This document shows positions 31,661 through 39,809 of a stretch of 64,000 nucleotides of DNA, in pieces. This stretch comes from Anaerolineae bacterium (lineage in GTDB: Bacteria; Chloroflexota; Anaerolineae; S140-20): contig JALUTT010000010.1 of NCBI GenBank assembly GCA_027021705.1, positions 8,211 to 72,210 on the forward strand, given 5' to 3'. Position 1 is the stretch's first letter. Every line of letters starts with the position of its first letter. The translations under genes and the position numbers were made by a program. Under the pieces are notes generated by a model that did no database searches, had not been told where the DNA came from, and was given only the letters and a program-made list of their open reading frames with translations.

Positions 31661-32956
31661 ATGGAGAAATTCGTCATCGAAGGGGGGTATCCTCTACGCG
31701 GCGTCGTGGCCGCCAGCGGGAACAAGAACGCGGCTTTGAAGCTTCTGCCGGCTTGCCTGCTGACGGATGAGCCGGTGGTCCTGCACAACATCCCGGACAT
31801 CGCGGACGTCCGCACGATGCGGGCGATCCTGACCGACCTGGGCGTGGAGATCGAAGACCTGGGTAAGGGGAGTCTGCGCGTCCACGCCCGGGAGGTGGTC
31901 AAGACCCGGGCCGATTCAGAGCTGGTCAACCGCATTCGTGCCTCCATAGTGTTAGCAGGCCCAATGTTGGCCCGGATGGGGTTCCTGGAGATGGCCCCAC
32001 CGGGCGGGGATGTCATTGGCCGACGCCGTGTAGACACCCACGTGCTGGCCCTGCGGGCCCTGGGTGCTCAGGTGGAGATCAACCGGGGATTTCGCTTCCG
32101 TGCCGACCGATTGCGGGGCACCGAGATCCTGTTAGACGAGGCCAGCGTCACGGCGACGGAGAACGCGATCATGGCCGCCGTCACGGCTCAGGGAACGACC
32201 GTCATCCGCAACGCGGCCTCGGAGCCCCACGTGCAGGACCTGTGTCACTTCCTGAACGGCCTGGGGGCTCAGATCGAGGGGATCGGTTCCAACGTGCTGA
32301 CCATCCAGGGGGTTGAGCGGCTGCGGGGAGGGGAGTACACCATCGGAGCCGATTATCTGGAAGTGGCCAGTTTCATCGCAGCGGCGGCTGTGACCGATGG
32401 GGAGATCACCATCAGGAATGCGGATCCTCACCACCTGGGGATGATCCGTCTGGTCTTCGGCAAGCTGGGCGTGCGCTGGGAGGACCGGGGGAAGGACGTC
32501 TTTGTGCCTCGGGGGCAATCCCTGACGGTGGTGCCCGATGTCGGGGATGCGATTCCCGAGATCAAGGATATGCCCTGGCCAGCTTTCCCCAGCGATCTGA
32601 TGAGCATCGCGCTGGTTGTAGCCACCCAGGCTGCCGGGACGGTCCTCTTCCACGAGTGGATGTACGAGAACCGGCTCTTCTTCGTGGACAAGCTGGTCTA
32701 CATGGGGGCGCGGATCGTGCTCTGCGATCCCCATCGCTGTCTGGTCCAGGGGCCTTCGTGGCTCCATGGGGATCGGATGGAGAGTCCGGACATCCGAGCC
32801 GGGATGGCTCTGATCATCGCTGCGCTGGCAGCCCGAGGGACCAGTGAGATTCGGAACATTCGCCAGATTGACCGGGGGTACGAGCGGGTGGACGAGAAAC
32901 TGCGCTCCCTGGGGGCCCGGATCTGGCGGGTGGTGGACGAGGGGGATCCCCGGTGA
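31661..32956 (+). CDS. murA: UDP-N-acetylglucosamine 1-carboxyvinyltransferase
   Basis: 'SGNKNAAL', 'RAS', 'PGGDVIGRR', 'SVTATEN', 'FPSD', 'DIRAG', 'IDRGYE'. Confidence 0.96.
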   Translation: MEKFVIEGGYPLRGVVAASGNKNAALKLLPACLLTDEPVVLHNIPDIADVRTMRAILTDLGVEIEDLGKGSLRVHAREVVKTRADSELVNRIRASIVLAGPMLARMGFLEMAPPGGDVIGRRRVDTHVLALRALGAQVEINRGFRFRADRLRGTEILLDEASVTATENAIMAAVTAQGTTVIRNAASEPHVQDLCHFLNGLGAQIEGIGSNVLTIQGVERLRGGEYTIGADYLEVASFIAAAAVTDGEITIRNADPHHLGMIRLVFGKLGVRWEDRGKDVFVPRGQSLTVVPDVGDAIPEIKDMPWPAFPSDLMSIALVVATQAAGTVLFHEWMYENRLFFVDKLVYMGARIVLCDPHRCLVQGPSWLHGDRMESPDIRAGMALIIAALAARGTSEIRNIRQIDRGYERVDEKLRSLGARIWRVVDEGDPR

Positions 32957-33003
32957 GGGGGGCTGAGCTTCAGGACGTATTGGAGGGTGGTTCCGCTCAA
33001 AGG

Positions 33004-33037
33004 AGGAGCCCGGCTCTGGCGAGAGAGCCGGGCTCCT
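33004..33037. terminator. Bidirectional hairpin between convergent genes
   Basis: aggagcccggctct...agagccgggctcct. Confidence 0.65.
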
Positions 33038-33068
33038 GCGTTCCACATTGGGTTCGAGGAACAGTGTC

Positions 33069-35705
33069 CTATCGGGAAACCAGGGGCAGGAAAACGCGGT
33101 AGGCGGTACTGGCGGCCCCGCTGTCCGGGTCCAGGTAGTTGGGGATGCCGTCGTGGTCGCTGTCCCCGGTTCCCTCGTCTTGATCCAGGATGCCGTCGCC
33201 ATCGGAGTCCAGGTCCAGATAGTTGGGGATGCCATCGCCGTCGGCATCGGGATCAGGGATGCCGTCGTTGTCGGCGTCGCCCGTCGCCTCGACGGCGTCG
33301 GGGATGCCATCGCCGTCGGAGTCGAGGTCGAGGAAGTTGGGGACGCCGTCGTGATCAGCGTCGCCTGCACCCTCATCGGCGTCGGGGATGCCATCGCCGT
33401 CGGAGTCGAGGTCGAGGAAGTTGGGGGTGCCGTCGCCATCGGCGTCGTCGGCTCCCTCGACGGCGTCAGGGATGCCATCGCCGTCGGAGTCGAGGTCGAG
33501 GAAGTTGGGGGTGCCGTCGCCGTCGGCGTCATCGGCTCCCTCGACGGCGTCAGGGATGGTATCGCCATCGGAGTCGAGGTCGAGGAAGTTGGGGGTGCCG
33601 TCGCCGTCGGCGTCGTCAGCCCCTTCGACGGCGTCAGGGATGGTATCGCCATCGGAGTCGAGGTCGAGGAAGTTGGGGGTGCCGTCGCCGTCGGCGTCGT
33701 CGGCTCCCTCGACGGCGTCAGGGATGGTATCGCCATCGGAGTCGAGGTCGAGGAAGTTGGGGGTGCCGTCGCCGTCGGCGTCATCGGCTCCCTCGACGGC
33801 GTCGGGGATGGTGTCGCCATCGGAGTCGAGGTCGAGGAAGTTGGGGGTGCCGTCGCCGTCGGCGTCGTCAGCCCCTTCGACGGCGTCGGGGATGGTGTCG
33901 TTATCGGCGTCCCGGTCTAGGTAGTTGGGGGTGCCATCACCGTCGGCATCACCTCTCCCTTCCAGAGAGTCGGGGATGCCATCGTCGTCGGTGTCGGGGA
34001 CGGCGCTCACGTAGTCGGTGACGGAGACTTCGATGAAATCGGGGAGTTCGTTGCTCTTGGCCCAGGCGGTGTTCACCACCGGACCACCGCCCGCCGGCTG
34101 GAAGTCCTCAGCCACCTGGACCTGGAAGCGGAGGATCAGGTCCTCATCGGGGGCCAGGACCGTCTCCGACATCATCGCGGTGATTAGTACCGTCCCGCTG
34201 TCATAGCTGAAGAGCAAGAGGTCGGCATTGGTCCAGACGGTGCCGCTGATGTAGGTGGTGTTCGTCGGCACCAGGTCCACGATGACGACACCCGTCTGGG
34301 GGCGTCCCCCGGTGTTGGCAGCGACAACCTCGTAGGTGATGATGCCACCGGGGTAGAGGGGGGTATCGGTCCAGGAGACCTTGCTCAGGATGAGCTCGTA
34401 GGCCAGAATAGCGGTGCTGGTTTCGGCGTCGTCGGTCACCGTCTGGCCCAGGCGGTCGCGGCCTGAGGCGGTGGCCTGGTTCACCAGCGGGTCCTCGTCC
34501 GACTCCTGGACGGTGTAGGACATCTGGCAGGTGTAGGAGTCGGCAGGGGCCAGGGTGTCTCGGTCGCAGTCCGGCACCGTGGCGGCGATGAGAGCATCGT
34601 AGACGGAGAGGTCGTAGAGGGGAGTGTCGCCCGTGTTGGTCACGGTGAAGGTATAGACGATGGTCTCACCGATGCCCGTCTGGGCGGGTCCCTCTTTCTC
34701 CAGGGCGATGGCTGGATGGAGGATGTCGAGGCTGTGGGAGGCGGAAGCGCTGGCCTGACGTCCGTAAGGGTCTGTGCCTACTGCGGCGGCTTCGTTGACG
34801 AGGGGGGGATCTGCTCCTGCGGGCACAGTGTAGCTGGCTTGGCAAGTGTAGGTGTCGCCGGGGAGCAGCCCTGAGTAGGCGCAGTTGGCCACCTCACCGC
34901 CCAGCAGCGGGTCCGAGACCGTGACGTCCAGGGGGACCAGGCCGGTGTTGGTGATTTCGAAGGTGTAGGTGACCTCGTCTCCTTCGTGGGCGGCATCGGG
35001 ACCGCTCTTGGTCATAGTCAGCGCCGGGGGAGCGATGATGTAGCAGACCTCCAGCCAGGGGCGCTGGCTGGTGACTTCGTATTCGCTGCTGTAGTACTTT
35101 TCGTACTCGGCGAAGCCGGCGTCAGGGACCTCCAGCACGATGCCGTAGTTGGGGCGCTGACCGTCCAGCCACTCTTGGACCAGGGCGGTCAGGTCACTGG
35201 TGTGCCAACCCTTCGTCTCTACGGAGAAGCTGCCGGCGACCTCGGGGTCCAGGCTCTCGGCGAAGCTTTCCCAGGTGACGGTGGACTCCTCCCAGGCGGT
35301 CGTAGCGGCGTGGATGGAGACGGTGGCCTGTCGGGCTCCCTCGAAGTGGTAGATGCCAAAGGTTGCCGAGTCCAGGATGGCTCCTTCCGGGAGGATGTCG
35401 TCTAGGTCGAACCAGAGAAGGGCCCACTTGCGGTAGACGTTCACCTTGCCTGTGTGCAGGTGGCGGGCGGAGCCCAGGTTGCGCTGGGGGAGCCCTTCCC
35501 AGATGCTGGCGTCGGCCACCGTGCCGAAGGTGCCCCGCTGAATGAGCACGCACGTCCGTTCCGGTCCAGTCTGGGGGAGGGCTTCTGGGGAGGTGGCCGA
35601 TGGGCTCGTGGCCTGCACCAGGGTGGGGGAGAGGAGGAGAAGGGAAAGAAGCAGCCAGCTCAGAAGGGAAAGGATGGCTATAGGTCTGTGACGTTGTGTG
35701 ATCAT
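33069..35705 (-). CDS. Secreted surface protein: DNRLRE-like domain, DUF11-like Ig repeats, thrombospondin type-3-like Ca-binding repeats, C-terminal VFLPLV motif
   Basis: Signal peptide; 'WEESTVTW..FYSSE'-like; 'YTFEITNTG' repeats; about 10 DxDGDxIPD units. Confidence 0.85.
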   Translation of the reverse strand: MITQRHRPIAILSLLSWLLLSLLLLSPTLVQATSPSATSPEALPQTGPERTCVLIQRGTFGTVADASIWEGLPQRNLGSARHLHTGKVNVYRKWALLWFDLDDILPEGAILDSATFGIYHFEGARQATVSIHAATTAWEESTVTWESFAESLDPEVAGSFSVETKGWHTSDLTALVQEWLDGQRPNYGIVLEVPDAGFAEYEKYYSSEYEVTSQRPWLEVCYIIAPPALTMTKSGPDAAHEGDEVTYTFEITNTGLVPLDVTVSDPLLGGEVANCAYSGLLPGDTYTCQASYTVPAGADPPLVNEAAAVGTDPYGRQASASASHSLDILHPAIALEKEGPAQTGIGETIVYTFTVTNTGDTPLYDLSVYDALIAATVPDCDRDTLAPADSYTCQMSYTVQESDEDPLVNQATASGRDRLGQTVTDDAETSTAILAYELILSKVSWTDTPLYPGGIITYEVVAANTGGRPQTGVVIVDLVPTNTTYISGTVWTNADLLLFSYDSGTVLITAMMSETVLAPDEDLILRFQVQVAEDFQPAGGGPVVNTAWAKSNELPDFIEVSVTDYVSAVPDTDDDGIPDSLEGRGDADGDGTPNYLDRDADNDTIPDAVEGADDADGDGTPNFLDLDSDGDTIPDAVEGADDADGDGTPNFLDLDSDGDTIPDAVEGADDADGDGTPNFLDLDSDGDTIPDAVEGADDADGDGTPNFLDLDSDGDTIPDAVEGADDADGDGTPNFLDLDSDGDGIPDAVEGADDADGDGTPNFLDLDSDGDGIPDADEGAGDADHDGVPNFLDLDSDGDGIPDAVEATGDADNDGIPDPDADGDGIPNYLDLDSDGDGILDQDEGTGDSDHDGIPNYLDPDSGAASTAYRVFLPLVSR
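33123..33996 (-). repeat. 84-bp coding tandem repeat (28-aa DSDGDTIPDAVEGADDADGDGTPNFLDL), about 10 units
   Basis: Seen directly in DNA and translation; central units near-identical. Confidence 0.92.
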
Positions 35706-35925
35706 ACCGGTACCTCGCTTGAAGCTAGCCCTGAAGTTTACCCATCTCAACAGAGGCTGGTCCCTCGAACTTCCTACGAGCTATTTTAGCTTGCTCCGGT
35801 GAGAGAGGTGTCAGCGGTGGGTTAGAAAAAAGTTAAGGGGGGCCTCTGGAGCCGTTTTCTAACCCGTTTTTAATGAATCCATGCTATCATATCCCCGTCA
35901 TCGAATCGAGACGCAGGAGGGTGCT

Positions 35926-37254
35926 ATGGTCCGGTGGGGCAGGCTTGGCTCTGTTCTCAAGGTATGGGGACTCCTGGGACTCCTGTTGATCACCGCTGGC
36001 TGTCGCAGTTCGGCCCCGGTTGGGGCGGGGGGGGCGGAAATGGGGGAGGTCACGGCCACAGCCACACCGGCTCCCCTGCGCACGCCGGTGCCTCGGATCA
36101 CCATTGTGCCCCGGCCCACGCTCCCGGCCCGAGGGAACTCCCCGACGCCATCGTCGGAACTGTCGGCCTTGCAGTCGCCGCTCAGCCCTCTCCCCTCGCC
36201 GTCTCCCTCCTCGGGGGGAGGGGCGGGGATAGGGGAAAGCCCAGGAGGACCGACGGCCACGCCCGAGGAGGGGGCCTCCTTTAGGCCGACTCCCTCCCAA
36301 GATCTGACGGCTACACCAACGCCGCTGTCAACGCGGTGGGCAGGAGAAGCTTCCCCGACACCTATGGCGACATCTACCCCCAGACCGACGCCAGCTTCTT
36401 CGCCAACGTCGGGTCCCCCACCCTCGCCTTCCCCTTCCCCCAGGCCGACTTCGACGCCAACCCCGACGCCGGGACCGACGGCAACGCCCACCTCAACGCC
36501 GCCAACCCCGACACCGGGACCTACGGCAACGCCTACCTTAACACCGGCCCCTGGGACCGTTATGCCATCGGCTACCCCTTCTAGCACGCCCACGCCGACC
36601 CCAACGCCGAGGCAAGGGCACACACCAACCCCCACGCCTATGCCTACCCCTACCGTTGTGCCAGCCGGCTGGACTTTCTCCGGGCTATTCCTGCAGGTAG
36701 AGGAGGAGGACGTGTTTACACTGTACTTGTGGGGGGAACTCCTCAACGGGACCGGCGAGTCGCAGGAGGTCATCTCGATCTACCTCTGTGAGGTGGGCGG
36801 CGATCCCATTTTAGAGGACGTGACCATCTCCTTCTTCCCAATGGAAGTCCTGCCCCCGGGCTGGAAGGGTCCCTTTCAGATGGTTATGGGTCCTCTGGAC
36901 GCACTGCCGGCTCCTGCAGACCAACTGCTGGACCAGTATGAGCTCTGTGTGGCCGAAGCAGAGCCCAGCGATTTCCCGCTTCGGGAGGACCTGGTGGTTA
37001 CCGATGCTTCATTGGTGGGCGCGGATGGGAGCTGCCGGGTAGAGGGGACGGTCCGCAACGACGGCCCGGCGTTGAGCGATTACCTGCAGGTGGTGGTGAC
37101 CTTCTACAATGCTGAGGACCTGGTGATCGGCTACGGGGATTTTTACACGGTTGCGACGAGCGATCTGCAGGCCGGTGAAGTCCCTTTTACCGTAGAGTGC
37201 CTCGATATGCCCGAGTTCCCCGATGACTACGCGGTCCAGGCGGTGGGGAGTTAG
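35926..37254 (+). CDS. Pro/Thr-rich putative lipoprotein with C-terminal FxLYD-like domains
   Basis: Lipobox-like 'ITAGC'; long PT linker; 'GELLNGTG' and 'GTVRNDG..VTFYNAED.VIG'. Confidence 0.75.
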   Translation: MVRWGRLGSVLKVWGLLGLLLITAGCRSSAPVGAGGAEMGEVTATATPAPLRTPVPRITIVPRPTLPARGNSPTPSSELSALQSPLSPLPSPSPSSGGGAGIGESPGGPTATPEEGASFRPTPSQDLTATPTPLSTRWAGEASPTPMATSTPRPTPASSPTSGPPPSPSPSPRPTSTPTPTPGPTATPTSTPPTPTPGPTATPTLTPAPGTVMPSATPSSTPTPTPTPRQGHTPTPTPMPTPTVVPAGWTFSGLFLQVEEEDVFTLYLWGELLNGTGESQEVISIYLCEVGGDPILEDVTISFFPMEVLPPGWKGPFQMVMGPLDALPAPADQLLDQYELCVAEAEPSDFPLREDLVVTDASLVGADGSCRVEGTVRNDGPALSDYLQVVVTFYNAEDLVIGYGDFYTVATSDLQAGEVPFTVECLDMPEFPDDYAVQAVGS

Positions 37255-37335
37255 CCTTCTCTCCGTTTCGTTGTTCCCCTTGGTCCAAGGTGCGCGAGAG
37301 TCCGTCCAGATTGGGGTAACGTATCTATTCATCCC

Positions 37336-37382
37336 ACCCTCCCGCAGGTTACCGGTCGAGGGCGCTTTCAGCCCCGATGGGC
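37336..37382 (+). repeat. Family A repeat, truncated copy overlapping 3' end of CCA-like gene
   Basis: accctcccgcaggttaccggtcgagggcgctttcagccccgatgggc. Confidence 0.85.
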
Positions 37383-38873
37383 CAGTTGAGCGGCCAGGGC
37401 TAGGGCTTCCTCCCGGTTGTGCACTTCGCCGGCGGCCTGGGCCTCGCGCACAGCCTCCAGGATCCGTCCTACTCGGGGGCCAGGGGGTACTCCCAGCGTT
37501 TCAATCAGGTCGTGGCCGCTAATGAGGGGGGGAGGGTGGACCTGGTCGTGGTCCTGGAACCAGCGGGCGAGCAGTTGTTCGACGACCTCCAGCAGCCGGG
37601 TCCATCGCTCCGGGATCAGGTCCGGCCCCCAGATGGCCAGGTGGTCGGCCAGGGCGAGGAGGGCGACCTCCACGCCGGCCGGTCCCAAGGCTCGGAAGTA
37701 GCGGTAAACGGCTCGCCGGCTGGGGCGACCGCTACGGGCCAGATAGGCGGGCCGCATGTGGTGGGCAACCATCCGCTCCACTTCCTGGACCTCCCGCCGG
37801 TTGAACCGGAGGAGCTGGAGCCGTCCGGCGGCCATCTCCGCGCCGATGGCATCGTGGCCGTAGAAGTGGATCCGCCCCTGATCGTCCATCGAATGGGTGG
37901 CCGGCTTCCCCACGTCGTGGAAGAGGGTGCCCAGCTTCAAGAGCAGCAGCCGGGTGCGCTCCTCACCCCCGGTTTCCTGGGCCAGGTGGGTCTGCAGGTA
38001 AGGGGCCAGCGGGATCAGCCTCTCCTCGATCTCCTGCCAGGTTCCCTCCGGAACGGGCGGAACGGTCTCGGGCCGAGGGAGGGTCTCAGCCATCCCTAGC
38101 TGTTGCAGCAGACGCTCCAGGGCTCCCAGTGTGTAGAGGGTGTGTTCCCAGACGTCCCAGTGGTGAGGGGGCGTCTGGGGCTCTCCCCGGAGCAGGGCGA
38201 TTTCGGGCAGGACGATGGAGAGCGTTCCCAACCGGTCCATCAACGCCAGGTGGTGGGGGCTGCCGGGGGCGTCCAGAATGCGGGCCAGCTCGTCCCGGAC
38301 CCGTTCGGCGGAGGATTGGGCCAGGAGGGGGGCGTCCTGCCGGGCCTGGCGGGCCGTTGACGGCTCCAACTCGAAGCCCAGGTCGGCGACCATGCGCACG
38401 GCCCGCAGCAGTCGGACCGGATCTTCCCGGAAGGCGTGAGGCGTGGTGGCCCGCACCAGCTTCTTGGACAGGTCGGCCTGACCGTCGAGGGGGTCCAGGA
38501 CTTGACCGGTGCGCAGATCCACGGCGATGGCGTTGATGGTGAAGTCCCGTCCGGTCAGGTCGGCCTGGATGTCAGGGCCGCGCAGGCGGGCGAAGTCCAG
38601 GTAGAGGCGCTGACCGGCCTCGTCGCGTACCACGGCACGGGCGGTATCCCGCTCCTCGTCCAGAGGAACGTAGGCACCGCCCAGGGCGTTGGCCATCTTC
38701 CGGGCCAGGTCCATCGCCGGTCCATCCACGGCGAAGTCATAGTCGTGGGTAGGACGGCCCAGCAGGGCGTCCCGCACCGCGCCGCCGACCAGGAAGATGG
38801 GAACGCCTTCTTGCAGCAGAAGGGTGCGGGCTCGGATCAAGAGAGAGGATTCAGGCCAGGGAAACCGGGGCAA
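37368..38873 (-). CDS. cca: tRNA nucleotidyltransferase / poly(A) polymerase family with HD domain
   Basis: 'LVGGAVRD', 'DYDF', 'RDFTINA', 'EDPVRLLR', 'SAERVRDE', 'HDVGKP'. Confidence 0.85.
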   Translation of the reverse strand: MPRFPWPESSLLIRARTLLLQEGVPIFLVGGAVRDALLGRPTHDYDFAVDGPAMDLARKMANALGGAYVPLDEERDTARAVVRDEAGQRLYLDFARLRGPDIQADLTGRDFTINAIAVDLRTGQVLDPLDGQADLSKKLVRATTPHAFREDPVRLLRAVRMVADLGFELEPSTARQARQDAPLLAQSSAERVRDELARILDAPGSPHHLALMDRLGTLSIVLPEIALLRGEPQTPPHHWDVWEHTLYTLGALERLLQQLGMAETLPRPETVPPVPEGTWQEIEERLIPLAPYLQTHLAQETGGEERTRLLLLKLGTLFHDVGKPATHSMDDQGRIHFYGHDAIGAEMAAGRLQLLRFNRREVQEVERMVAHHMRPAYLARSGRPSRRAVYRYFRALGPAGVEVALLALADHLAIWGPDLIPERWTRLLEVVEQLLARWFQDHDQVHPPPLISGHDLIETLGVPPGPRVGRILEAVREAQAAGEVHNREEALALAAQLAHRG

Positions 38874-38880
38874 AGTCGTC

Positions 38881-39711
38881 TCACCCTCCGCGGGGATTAG
38901 GTTGGCGTTCGGCCTGGGGAGGAGGTTGGCGCAGACCTGCTTGGCACAGGAGCTCGTGGGACCAGGCAGCGAGGGCCGGGTCCAGGGGCGGAACGGGCTC
39001 CTGGGTGTAGTCTATCCGCAGATCGTAGCGCATCCGCTCGTAGACCTGGGTGAGCAGTTCCCCCAGCGCCAGGGTGGGTTCCTCGTCGTCAGGACGCAGG
39101 GGGATGGGAACCTCCGGGATGGGTTCGTTCAGGTTGAATGGGTAGAGATGGGCTTGAGGCCGTTCCCACCCCCGGCTGACGAGGATCCGGTAGTGGCTGG
39201 CGGGGATGGTGCCCATAGGCATAGGGTCCCAGGCCCGCAAGGGGTCTATCTCGACCAGGTTGGTAGGGGTGTGGAGCACCTGACGGCGTTTCCGCTCGTA
39301 CTGCCGACGCCCTGGGCCGGGTTGCTTATTGGTCGGCGAGAGGATTTCAAGGACCGTGATCACCTCGTGGGTGACCACGTCGCGGATTTCCAAATAGCGT
39401 TCGCGAACCGGGTCGGGCAGTGGGAGCTCGATGGTGACCGGGCGTTCCGGGGCGGCTGCGGCGGCGGCGCCGGTGGGAAGTTGGGATGGTGCCGGTGGGA
39501 GGCCGATGACTGCGATGTCCGGTCGGCCGATGAAGGTGGGTGGTTCAGCCGCTACGATGTAAGTGCGTTGCTCCACGGCCACGTAGTAGCGAGGGGCCAC
39601 CTGGGGTCCCAAGGCCATCGCCACGCTGGAGATCAGGAGGGCGTGCAGTCCGGGCCACAAGGCCGGATTTTCCAGATAGGGGTCCATTCCAGGGAACGGC
39701 GAAGCGGTCAC
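38881..39711 (-). CDS. DUF4058 family protein
   Basis: 'SPFPGMDPYLE', 'EILSPTNK', 'LVEID.LR'; GTG after ggagg. Confidence 0.85.
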   Translation of the reverse strand: MTASPFPGMDPYLENPALWPGLHALLISSVAMALGPQVAPRYYVAVEQRTYIVAAEPPTFIGRPDIAVIGLPPAPSQLPTGAAAAAAPERPVTIELPLPDPVRERYLEIRDVVTHEVITVLEILSPTNKQPGPGRRQYERKRRQVLHTPTNLVEIDPLRAWDPMPMGTIPASHYRILVSRGWERPQAHLYPFNLNEPIPEVPIPLRPDDEEPTLALGELLTQVYERMRYDLRIDYTQEPVPPLDPALAAWSHELLCQAGLRQPPPQAERQPNPRGG

Positions 39712-39809
39712 GGCCAACCTCCCCCAACTGTTCGGGCGCAGGCTCATTATACCAAAAGCTGGGAATCCGACCACCGGTTGGCCTCTCCGCGAGGGGTGGG
39801 ACAGTTGGG

